DNA of 64,000 bases from Phallusia mammillata (Eukaryota), in NCBI GenBank assembly GCA_965637545.1, contig OZ281494.1:14632001-14696000 (forward strand), given 5' to 3'. A program made the position numbers and the translations under genes. Of the stretch, positions 22,134-35,100 are shown piece by piece. The number at the start of each line of letters is the position of its first letter. The stretch's first letter is position 1. Under the pieces are notes generated by a model. The model saw nothing but the letters and a program-made list of their open reading frames with translations, did not search any database and was not told the origin of the DNA.

Positions 22134-23946
22134 GTGTGGGCAGTTAAGTCTGAGTGTATTGAATGATTTACTACAGCTGTACTGGAACCAAAATTTTTCA
22201 TGCATATGAGGCAGGGGTGCAAGCCCTGCAAATACAGCATAGACAAGAGGGAGATTTTTAAAGCCAAGGAACAAACGGATCTTGCGGAAATAACTTCTTT
22301 GATGGACGAATAATTTCTTTGCGCACAAGTTGGAGGATACAAACCAAGTTAACATTTGAAGTCCCTTCCCTACCAAACTTTTCCAACGTTGGGGCTAGAG
22401 TTCAACAAATCAGGACTCGAATTTTTAACGCTGTGAAGTGGCCAATATACGCAAACAAGTAGTTTACAAATGAAACAATTGTAAAAAGCTCTTAGGTTAC
22501 AGGTCAGGCACAAAAAAATGTCACTCAGTTAATTTAAGACAACAACTAACAGCCTGGATTGATCTAAATATCATTCTGTTGATATATAGACCACTTTTAT
22601 AACCTACCATATTTTCAAAAATGAGGACACATTTTTGATGAAGATTATTAACAGCTTCTATCTAAAACTTCCTTGTGCAATCCAAATTCCAAACATACTG
22701 TTTCATACTCTTTAGACAAGAAAAAACACCAAGGTCTCATTTGTGACCCTAGGATGTAGACCTGTGAACTGCATTAGGACAATTATCATTATTAAGTTTT
22801 ATCAAGTCACGCTGCTCCTATAGGTTGTGCACCAAAGGACCATAATTTAGACCAACACTTTTCCACCATTCCTGTATGAAAAGTGATTTCAGAATATAAT
22901 GTTGTGTATACTGCCAAAAAAAATTATATTGCAGAGTAAAGATTATCATACTAACCATTTTTTGTAGATATATAGCCTCAATACAATGACTGAAACATTT
23001 GCTCAATATATAAGGAATTTCCGAACATTGATTGTAGTAGCATTTTGTTGACTTATATCAAAACTCATGTCTGCAAAAGCTTGTCCAGGAATGATATGTT
23101 TGGATGTCGCCTATAAAAATAGAAGGGCAGACTACTAGGTTACACAAATTCCCACCATATATCAACAATTAAGATGTGTGTTTTACAGTTGCTTTTTTGG
23201 TTTATGTATGATTCCATGAAACACGGAAGTTTGACCTTAAGCAAAATACAGTCCACTCTTTACATCTGCATAGAATTTTTTACAGTATAGCTAATAAAAC
23301 ACTATTTTAAAAAGAATGTTAAATAGGTCTGCTAGGCATTTGTTTAGTGGGTAAGGGTACAACAAAAACTGGTGTTTGTAAGTACTCTGTACACATTATT
23401 AGTGTACTTACTTTAATACACACTTTCAGTTATTTAAATAAAAAGAAACTGCTTTTGCTAAACAACTATTGAAAGTATCATTTTTAGTTTGTAGAAATGT
23501 GCGGTTCAATCTCGTTTTCAAAATTGTTTGAGTTAAAAACGGAAAAATCATTTCCCACATTGACATTGAAAACCTTCTGGCCTACAAAAGGACAAAGGTT
23601 AATTATCTGCAAAACACGAATACATTAGCAAGAACAATTAGGATTTCTCAATGCGTAAAATCCAACTGTCAATACGCATAAACAGAAGTCACATACTTTT
23701 ATACTACAATCTACAATCTAACTTTTATAACAACCAAAACGCGCCATTTTTGACACAAAAAAACCGCTGAGAAGTGCTGTTGTGCAGCCATGCGTAGAAT
23801 TTTTTTTCAAAAGCAGGACCATATGGCAGGACACAACACAATAAACATAAAACGCTATTCAACCGCACGGTAAAAGTTATTTAAAGTCATACAACTTTTC
23901 ATCATTTTCAGCATATATCCTCCCCAAAAAAATCTTGAGTTGGTTT

Positions 23947-23962
23947 CCGCCTGGTGGCGCTA
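23947..23962 (+). promoter_or_regulatory. Candidate CTCF site
   Basis: CCGCCTGGTGGCGCTA matches 13/16 of the CTCF core CCACCAGGGGGCGCTA; motif match only. Confidence 0.4.
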
Positions 23963-26120
23963 AAACGTTACATTTCCCTGTTGCCAATCGCCAATAGCCA
24001 ACTGATAATATTAATATTGCATCATCGCGTTACGCAAGAAAACCTTTTTTTGTCTTTTGTGCAGTAACTGACAGGACTTTCGGTTGGCTTTTGGCAGTTC
24101 CCTGAAAATCCCCCGAAATAACAATCTAGTTTCAGTTTCGAAAAGTACCTAGTCTTACAAAGAGTATATTGACCGAACGTGTAAAGTAAATGTATTTTGA
24201 AAGGATATCAATGGTTTCTCCGGTAGAAACAGGCTCCCTCTTTACAACTTGGCGTGTCCGACAATGTCGTTGATCCATCACTGGCGACCTTTGCCGACCA
24301 CTTGTTTTGGATGGGTATGACTTGAAATATTTGCGTATTGCTCTTTCGCTATCAGGAGAAATAAAAGTTTTCAACCTGAATTTATAGTTAAAATACATTG
24401 TTGGGGCAGCTGAATTTAATCCAAATCGTGCCACCTTTAGGCTATTTTGGTATTCTACAGTGCTACTTGCTTCAAAGCTATTGAGGATTGGGTCATCTGG
24501 CATGTTTAATCGAGTCTTTCGAGAGTATTTACAGTAAGAATGACAAGAGTAGTTTACCTCATGTTGCATATTACATTGCTTCCATGTTTCTGGGCAGCCG
24601 TTTCTCCTATATAATTATTTGACTACATGCAAAAATGATACTTTTATTTCGCACAGGGTGGATACACAGACAGTACTATATCTTGTGGAACATGCAAATT
24701 ATCCGGAGTTTCACATACTAATTGGCAACAGTTATAAAACGGTATATTAGTTTATCATAGTAGAAATAGGGACATTCTAACAACAATAGAAACGCCTGAA
24801 AGGGTAAAGGCCCACAGGTTATGGGTCCGGTTATTCTGTTATAACATGGAATGTGCAAACGGGTGGAGACATGAAAAATATGAATGAAGCAATTCGGTTT
24901 GTGGAATGCGAACTCAGCGCCTTGGTCAGTCAGTGTGCGACAGCTCGACAACAAAAATGTGGATTTGCATTAGTTAAGTCAGGAAAGCAGGTTTGGAAAT
25001 AAAGTACTGTTTATATATGTTATAGGTCGATGGCATTCCTTCACAATGCAACAGCACAAGAAACCACTAAAACAAGCAACGAAACTACTAGCAAAATCTA
25101 AGGCATGTAAAGAAACCGTGTGCTACTCTATCTACAAAACAACAAACGCTACAGTACATAATGGGGAACATTACACAAAAAAGTAGTGTTGCTACATTTA
25201 AGGCATCATAATAGTGGGCGTATGCAACTTGATATAAAGGCAAGGAATAAAAAAAAATGAAACCTTAGCAAAGGCAATTCATCGAGGCACCATAATAATA
25301 TATGAATCAGTGATAGTTCGTACACAAAGGAACAACAAAGATGTCGGGATAAGGAGTAGTACCAACGACGACTGTGACCATTGTACCTGGAATGTTGGTT
25401 TGTTTGTGATCAAAATTTGTTGTTTGTATGAGTTCAGTGGCGAGGTTTCGTGCAAAAAAACGTATGTGCAGTTGCAATAAAATTGTCAAAAACATGGCGT
25501 TGGCAGTTGTATGTAAGTTGACAAGACTTTTGTGTCGTCAGTTAAAGGTTGGAGAATTCGTATTTTAGGCACTGAAATAGCTTCCAATCGGGTTACGACC
25601 TTTTAAGCACAAAAAAAACATCAGTACAAGTAATAATGCGGGCACGATAAATAAGCGACTTACGTAGCTTCACTATTTCTGTACAAAAAAACAGGGGTGC
25701 GGCACTCGCAAGAATAAATAGCATAGGAATAAATGGTTGGTAACAAAACTGGCGCAACGGTATAAAAAGCTGCTCCGGAAAATAACATGGTGTGATTGGA
25801 GCACGGAAAAAGTACCAGACCTTTTCAATGGGGGTGATCGGTTAGTGTAGCCGAATAAGCGTACCAAGGCACGAAAGCATCACAGTTCACAAACAACGCC
25901 TTACAGTGAACACGAAAACCGTATTTGCACCGCAGTATTTGGGTTAGAAAGACAAATGTCTTTTGGTGTAGTACGAAATAGCAAAACGGAATGTCTGCCG
26001 CTGCCCCTTGCAAAAATAAGGCACTAACAGCTTCATAACGTACAAGTATCGGCTTCATTTGGTGGACAAGCTTCATGTCATATACAAGGAATGTAGGGTA
26101 ATTTTGGGAATGCTAGTATT

Positions 26121-29100
26121 TTAGTTATCAGCCGCCTCCATTGCACTGGTGTCAACCACAAGCGACATTGGTTCCTCTTCGGCAGCGAATTCAACCTTTT
26201 GGTTGGCTTCTGCATGTTTTGGGGTTAATTCGTCATCGGACATTTTCGTCCGTTTTGCCACTGTGCCATCTACAAAACAAAAAAGGTTTATTTATTTGTT
26301 TTATATTTTAAACCAAACTCGGTATTTGTGTTTTGTCCTAAACCGTTAGCACCGAATTTATGGCTTTACATAAAAGACACTTTCTAAAAATTTGGCCAAA
26401 CTTTTTGATCAAACGCCGTTTTCATAAGGCGCAAAACTAATACATCCATATATGTCTACGGTCGAATTGTTTTAATTTTGCAAGGTTCCGTGTTACAATA
26501 GCTCAGTGAAATCCTTTGCACTGCTTAACTACGTAATACGTCGTAACGATAGTTTATTTTTACTCTTTTCGTGGAGAGGCAACCGTATATCTTTGTCATT
26601 GTTTGGGATCGGTCGAAGGCGAGGCTTTAACGAGGCGAAAAGAAACAGTCAAGCCATTCATTTGCCGAAACCATAAGCATTTGCAGTATAATTACATGTA
26701 ACCGCTATCATTGTTACTTACAATCTAGTGGAGCTATTTATCAGACCTAACCGGAAACAAGGCAGGAATGCGTGTGGTTAACAGTAGAGCTTCTCAGTCA
26801 GCACGGTAATTGTTGCCTTCGATCAGTTTTAACATTTAGATTTTGAGGTACAAATTTATTACAAAACGTTAACGAACCGTGTGCAGTCTCGGACATTGGT
26901 AGTTTTTCGATGTTGCCGATTGCCTTTTCTCCTGTAAAAACAAAGGATGTGGTTGTTGAACTGAGGTTTTGCCAACTGCTAATCGATTGATACTAGATTG
27001 GAGATTGGAAACAGTACGATCATTCTCTTAATTTTATATCTCGATTGGATACTGTGCATTTAAAAAAGTGGATCAAAAATTATCAAAGGTCTAAAAAAGA
27101 CAGTTTATTTTGTTAATAAGCTAACAACATAAAACAAAATTTTGAAAGGTATTAATATACCTTCCCCATCGGAGTAAGGCCTCTTAGTGGTCAAATCTTG
27201 AGGTGACCCGGATAGTGACCGGTCACTCATATGTGGCGACTCAGAACCGAAGTACGACAATGCCATAAGGGAGCTATTGGCCATAGTTGGCGGCGAAATG
27301 GTGCCGGTGGATCCCTCGGCTGCCCCGCCACCACTGCTTCCAGGCGACCCGACCCCGTAACGAAGCATTCCTGGTTCGAATTTGAGCAAACTCGGAGACA
27401 TGTGAGCTCCGCTGAGGTCCTCGGGTTCGATCATTCTGCCTTGGGTCTGTGGTGATCCGGTGCCGCCTAACGCAAATATCATCGGTTAATATGTTGGTTG
27501 ACTGTAACATTATATTATCCACAACAACATACGGGCACTTAGGCAAAGAAAAAAAAAGTATTCCAAGTAATAACTGGTGGAATTTTATCTTTCACAAACA
27601 CAAAACACCGCACTAAATAGATGATGAAATTGGTTAATTATTTTTTATTATTTATTATCGTTTTTAAGAGAAAAGCCATGAACTGCCTCAGCTTAAAACA
27701 AAGGTACAAATCATATCAATGTTTTATGTCGTGTGCTGCATAATTAATCAGCTGCATTTTCACCATGTCATGACAGAAAAAACCGGTGCCTTGCACGACT
27801 GCAACGGGCTAATTAGTCTTTACCCTGTTTATCCCACTCACACAGCGAACTATGCACCGTGATATGCAAGCGAATTGACAAAGTGTCGGAATATCAAAGC
27901 AAGCGACCGATTTACGACGCTGGGTAAATCAATTTCGCTTTCTCCGGAGGCAACAAGCAGGCACAAATATTTACTTGGAAGATGCGAATGCATGGTGATG
28001 CGAAGGTGAGCCCGAAATTCGCCGAGACTTGTAAACGATGCGTCGCAAGTTCCACACTTGAAGTTGCGCATTCCGACGTGCTGAAAAACACCAAATGTAA
28101 CTAAATCTCGGTGAAATAACTGTATGGGCTTTTATTTCACCTAACATCACAATGTTGGGTCAAAAACCCCAATATTACAAAGAGGAATAACAGTCGCCTG
28201 TGGTATATTGATTGTTGAACACGGAAATACTTTTTTTCTGTATATACTTCTTGGGTAAACAGAACAACAACGGGTCTAATATTTTTACACGTATACGAGA
28301 TTAAATGAGTATTATCAATTTTGACACCATCGCTTTGACAACTTTACATCAAAATTGTAACATTTTAAAGCGCAGCCACTAACTAACAAGTTATTGTAAA
28401 TTGTTGGACTACTTGTAAAAAAATGGCCAGTGTAAAAATTATACCAGAGAAGGAAATGCGTCCTCACCTCACAGAAAAAGAGATGGGTAACGAAAATACG
28501 GGTCAGTGGAAAACAGGAAGCAGATTTGGTTGAGTAAGAAAGAGAAGAACAAGAGTCGACAACAGAAGTAAAGAGAAAGCATGAGGCAACAGGCAGGAAA
28601 GCTAAATATAAACGCATTATGCGGACGAACATTTATGCACACATAGCACCGCCCCTAATAACACACATTTCCGCTTTGCTACACGACCAAGGTCCGTAGG
28701 GAGGAACATGACTTTTGGAATCCTGAGTTGCATGGCGGACAACATTTACAACGTTGTACGTTTTACTGGAAATGTGTACATGCACGCCTTTTTCAAATAT
28801 TCAAACCTATATTTATACTTTGAAACCTGTTTACTATTTTTAGCAACAAATCGATTTCAGAATACTCGCCTTGGCCTAATACTGTATATCGCTGACGTCC
28901 AGGTGCGTACGTGGTCAAATTTATGGTAACTTTTACAGCACAACTTAACTTACCTTCATTTTGTGGAGACGGAGGGTGTAGTTGCGAGTGAACCGCTTCC
29001 CACATTCATCACATTCGTATGGTTTGATACCAGAGTGCAGCTTTATGTGTTGTTTTAAGTTGTGAAATCTGTACGACATAAAACCACTGCTTATAAACTT

Positions 29101-32100
29101 TTCGTGCATGTAACAAAGACTTTGACACCTTCACCCAGGAAAAGTCATTTCGGCTTAAACATTTGACTGTTTAATATTTGCAAAGCTAAGATTGTGCGTC
29201 TTGTCGGTTAACCATGGGTAAACAACCAAGACAGTCGCAGATAAGATGAGTTTGTTATAATGGGTGATGATCAAAGGTTTCAAAAACGTCGAGTCAACGT
29301 GATGATGTACTATACACCATCAATCTCTATATCGCTGGTTAAGCAGCTAATATATTGCGATAATAACCCACCTTGTAAATCTAGATCCACAAATCTGGCA
29401 CTGATGAGGCTTCGGGACACTGGACTGCAGAGTTCGTCTTCTAACGCTCATGTATTGTCCTCCAGGAGGCTACAAACCAAAGTTGTGGGTTAAGCGGTGT
29501 GTCAAGCTTGGAAACAAAAAGCAGGCCTTGTAAAGTAATTACCACAGCCGGAAGATCGGCCACAAGTTTCTCGCCATCGTCTGCAGTTTTTGGCTGCTGT
29601 GACGAAAGAAGTTGCTGCTGTCTGTGTAACAATGCAGTGTGCATGGAAAGTCCATTGAGTCGAGGAACCATAGAAACCGAATTGTCCAGACGAGGAACAC
29701 TACCATTGATCTTCTCCAAAACAGATTCTGCAGTACAAACAAAACGTTTCTGCCTAATGAGGATTAGGAAGGAATAAAACGCGGATTCACAGTATTATGA
29801 ACAAAGGGGCGTTTACAACACAACCCATGCTTGGTGGAGCACTTTCCATGGTCTGCTGGTCATGACTCATTATATTTATTGATTCCAAAGCAGTAAAATT
29901 ACACCAAGCTTGCGTAACACGTACGTAGACTGTTAGCAGTGGTCGTCATTCGATTTACTGCGTTTGGGCTTCTGTTATTGAAGGCATCCGAGAGTGCCGA
30001 GTGGACCGAATTAGCTGTGGGTATTTCGCCTCCGCCGCTGCTCTTGTTTTGGAAGCTGTACAACCGCTGAAGGCTTTGCCATGAGTCTTCCGAGTCGCAA
30101 GGCGCAGGACTACCGTTGCTTTTGTTGATAAGATCTGCGACAAAACAACAGTTACGCAATGCAACTCGCTAAAAATGTTACGATAAGCTATATCTATATT
30201 GACAGCGTTCCTTTTCACTGTGCTTGTATCAGAATTTGTGCATGTAAATCAATGTCCAAAACCGAATTAAACGGGGTATACAGTCTTTTGAATATGTCGT
30301 ACAAATGTGCCGCACTGGCAGTAAAAAAGTTTAACATGGATTAAGCCTGGCGTTAACCAATTTACCGTTCTGGCAAGGTGAATCGGAAAGACTGTCGCGA
30401 CGAATTAATTAAAGCAGGTAATGGCGATGATGCAAGAGCATTGAGTACATGAAAGATGGAGATCGTGTGCCCGGACTTTGTGTAATTGCGTCCCCAACAT
30501 GCAAATCATTATTCGCCAACGTCTTTCAATTAGGCATAACGAGCGGCAAAGCGCAGGAAACGGCCGATTAAAGATCGATCATCAAGACGCAGCCGCCGAC
30601 TTGCACACCTTGCCGATAATTAATAGTCAAACAGCGTTGGCGCAATTTTCTCTTTAACTGTATCCATTGAGCCTTTGGAATAACTGTCGCCCGACAAGCA
30701 ACCGTCGGTGCACGGAGGTGGGGTTTAAGTCGAAATTGGACCGCATGACGTCACCGATTATGACGCGTTAGGCGCCTTTTGTCGCAGTGGAACGAGAACC
30801 TGCGGTGTGACGCGTGTTGCGCCGGAGGCAAGAAGAATTCTGGCACAGGCTCCGTACGCACGCGTGCCCACAACATGTGCGTTTTTATGCTGAGTTGTGT
30901 GTAATGCAACGCATACGACAGCAAAATGCGAAACCGCATTGACATATACGGTCAAAGACAACGACAATGTTATTTTTAAGACAGTTTGGTTCCTCGACTG
31001 GTTGGTTCCATCAGATCAAACATGTAACGTAGTGAATCACGTTCTGATTAAACTGAAATTGTGACAAAAATATAACGACAGTTATTCTCGTCATCTTAAG
31101 ATCTTCGGGTTAGGGTCAATACTTCATGCTCAACTTGTAACCATGCGTATAATCACCCTGCTGATATGCAGACATTCAGCAGAGCTGCGGTATAAAGAAT
31201 AAAAATGCAAGTACGCAAGACTAAAAATTCGACAGTTCGGTACGACCAGATTGTGGGTTGAAGTTATCCAGGCCCCTTCAGCTGATGTGCTGTAAACGGA
31301 AAACTCACTCTCACATTGTCGAAAACAGAAAACTCACAGGCGAGAACACAGGCCCTGTGTGACGATGCAGAGGCCCAGTAATGGAACGGCATGATAAACA
31401 ATCTCAGCGTTCCTGACAAAGCGAGCAGTAACAACAGACGACGATGGCGAGAGCTGCTACTGCTTTTCATGCCGCGCGTACAAAAAGGAAATACGAACCG
31501 AAAGACGACGACCGTTGGGCAGCCCGTATACAATTGCCGGCATGAAAAGGGAGAATGCCACTCCGTGCGCCTATTCACCACAACACCGCGTCTTCTTGGG
31601 GCAAGTGGGCGGTTGACAACATACAGGGCATTCGGCAAAGCATTATGCGCGGAAATTTCCACACAAAGGCTGAGGAGGCGGCCGCATTAAGTCTGCGTCT
31701 ACAACACAATACAAGCAAGCCCCGCGGTGACGGCACATGAAAGCGAATTGCTACTTCGACACTTATTATCTGGGAACCAGGGCGTCCAAGTCAATACAAC
31801 GCTGCTCTGGTATTTACATGCAAGTTTTAACCATACAAAACGCGGTTTATCACATTCCTTACTCAAATATTTCAACGACGCGCCGTGGAGACAACTATTA
31901 AAAAATCATCGAAGAATTTATGATGCATGGGACGCCACCGCTTCTCTTCATCGATGTCACTGGCGACAAACGCGGTGGGTGAACTGTTTGTTTTGCGTTT
32001 CGGTAGTTTTTCGTCCTTTTACTCCAATCTCAGGCGGTGCATTGGACTGCTAGGCTACGCCTGCTGGTATACAAAGCATTGTGTGCAAAGGAGGCGCTTC

Positions 32101-35100
32101 TGCAAATGGAGTAGTGCTGATTGATGGGCGTCGTCCTGCCGGTGGACAACAGAACGCGCGAAAACAAATTTATTGTCGCGCGGCCCCTTGCAGAAGCAAT
32201 ATTATTTCGCGTGCGAAAACGCAGTTAATCAATAATTCATGAGGCCCCCAGCAAGTGAGGTGCATCACAATAGTCTATTGAACAATTCGGTTGCGCACGC
32301 AGCTAATCCCTTCATCTCGGCATAGACAGGCTCGGAGTAATAATGACCAGCGGCCCGACGCATCATTAGCTACGTTTCGCGACCAATTACTGTACGGACA
32401 AGCAAGTTTCGGCGAAAACTAATAACAGGGGCGGTCTGAGTTTTATCACCGACCCCTTCCGCATGTCGCTGGTCTTCTTTCATCGCTTTAGCCACTCCCG
32501 CGCGAATATTACGGCCTGGTGTACCTCGATGCACCTGCGTCTGTAAGCCTCGGCGCCCCGGATTGGTTACATAAAGCATTTGGCAACTGGTAAGTCGCAT
32601 TCACAAAAGCAGGGGCCGCTGCGACGGCGACGCAGCTCCCCTTTCTCCGCGAAACAAAGCGGTTCCGAGCACTTCTGAATAATACAACAGGCCAGACCGC
32701 AACACAAAGGCATGCCAACTGAAAAGCACGTAGTTATCGAAAACAATCATACAGCAACGGGACAAACCGGAGGAGCGGTAGGCGGACGTCTCTTATTGGT
32801 GAATCAGGCAAGCGGTAACACGGTCGTCTAGGCAACTTGTAGCGTGGCATGGGCCGAACAATAGACAAGTTTTGTGACAGCCCAGACTTGGGCGCACTGT
32901 CGATGCGCATCAGCAGAAATCTATGCTTATCGCAGTGGCGCAATGTTGGGATGCGAAACTTGACACCAAGAACACTATGGAACCGGCAAAGGAAAAGCGT
33001 CTCGATAGTTCTTCATGTAGTTTCTTATCGTGCATGTTCCAGATTGAATTGCAAGCAGTGGATTGACACCCGATAGGCGGCACTGATTCCGCGACTCGGA
33101 CACTATCAAGCGCTAATTCGCCACCGCATCTGGGGTTTCAGATTTAATTGGGCCGCACAAAATGGCTACGAGATGCTGTTACCATGAAAAAAAACTCGCT
33201 GAATGGAACAGAGCTGCTCATGCAGAGCGACAAACGCAGCGACTTAATGGGGTGCTTCAAAATTCACGTCGCTGGGTCGTATACGACAAGGAAAGTGCTT
33301 CAGGGGTGAAGCGTTTCTATTTCTGAACACGCGTGCGTTGATCGATTGCACAAGGAGAGCTTCTACGTGCATCCCGATTCGCCAGATTTTGCCAGCCGAC
33401 TATTGTGCGCCAGCGAAGCAGAAAGATTGCTTTCCATTGCGCTAGAAATCACACCGTAGCAAAACATCCGGAGCCAGGGACCGCACTAATGCATGCCAAA
33501 TGACAGCACCCTGATGACTCGCCTTTCAATAATAAGGCCCCGTGCGTAGTCCAGTTAAGTTTTTGCCACATAATGGACCTCATATTGCGTTTCCGCAACA
33601 TCAAAGGTGTTGCGTGAAAGTGTCGAGAGGAGTGCGTTTCTGTCAAGTCTCGCCACCTGGCAAAACGACAACACTCGAAGCATGTTCATTTGATAGCGTT
33701 AAGCGCTTTTGAAGTCGCAATATTTGTCGTAGTTACTTTTTTTCTAAATCAAAGTTTAAACTACCTTAGATGACTTAGGCAAAACAGCGGACGCAAACTC
33801 TTCAGAATCCACAAAGGCCGAGGTACAGTTATCAGAAATAGACAAAACCACAACCTTTACGTCAAGCGGCCTTGCCGTTTGGGAACTGTCCGTCTCCGTG
33901 CATGACCAACAAACGCATATAGTAGCGGCAACGCCCATATAAGCGCTTGGTACTGCTTCCAAAATGTCAGGCTTGTACGTAGGTTAGTAACAATGCAAAA
34001 GGATTGGTCCAAAGACTCCAAACATGTCTCGTTGGCTTCTGGGGGGGCGGGAAATAGTGCAGGTGTGCTCGAAATGATGCGTTAAGTAAACCAAGCCGTC
34101 TGCACGAGATTTCACAGCTCGATAAACCCACACATATACATTAAGATTGTGCTGCCGAATTTATGTCAATGCGACCTACGTTGGTGATATTACCCGGGCC
34201 CAATTATACGCAAAGGTGTGCAAGTGCCTCCAGCTAAGACAGAAGATTCGTCAAAAGAAAACTGCTTGTAACATCACGTTTGCACTTTTGATTCATCTCG
34301 AACATACATTTCGAAAAATATAACGGCTGATATGATTTCCAGGATGAAATATGATATTTATGTTATCGCCAATTTCTGGCGTCATCAAATCATTTACTCG
34401 AGTGCAATCGATATTAGACTACGTTGTCATATACCAGAACACAAACATTTTTCAGTTCTCGGTATCTGGGTTGAAGAATAAAGTATCTAAATTTGTTCGT
34501 CACGCCGTAACTCACCCAGCCAGACCATAATTTCAAAAGGCATGCCATTGCAGGCTCCGAGGAAAACCGTTCCCTGGCACGCAAGCCCCCCGCATGAAAT
34601 GCTTTCAAACATCAATTGCGAACGGCGTCATTGGCACATTGACGATCAGCGATGCGTCAAATAGTTGCTATGGAGCACGCCATACAACTGCCATTGTTAT
34701 GACAACTACTGAAAAGGTACAGGCGAAGGCAACTGCGCACACGAGGTAGAGCGACAATACAGGGATTAGGCTACCAGCAGCCTTCCGCATGTATTAGTTT
34801 GGCAACAACGTGTAAACAGCAATTCACTGCGCGCCGAACCACTGTAAGCTGACTAAACCTTCCAACATTTGTCTGTATTCCCACAAGTGGTGCGGCGGCG
34901 CTTGCAAATTGAAGTTTAGACCGGATTTCAACTGTGTGACGGCACGTCGCAAAAACAAGGAAACCACTGCCCATTCATTCGGTTTTTGCAGTTAAATCAG
35001 CAGGACGATACCAGCCTTGGGCTTAACCTGCTTTTATGCAGGTCAAATACGAGTCTAGTTGTTAAACTACCACCTTAACGTGATAATTTCATTGTCGGTA

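Noticed and set aside
22900-23115. Selenoprotein-like read-through of an in-frame TGA on the - strand
   Set aside because: No recognisable selenoprotein motif and no SECIS evidence; all frames close quickly.
24132-24569. 145-aa minus-strand ORF downstream of ZBTB44
   Set aside because: No recognisable domain or supporting splice structure; probably 3' UTR or intergenic.
27467-28953. A fourth ZBTB44 zinc-finger exon (vertebrate isoforms have four, from memory)
   Set aside because: No C-x2-C...H-x3-5-H coding segment was found in the introns flanking the third finger.
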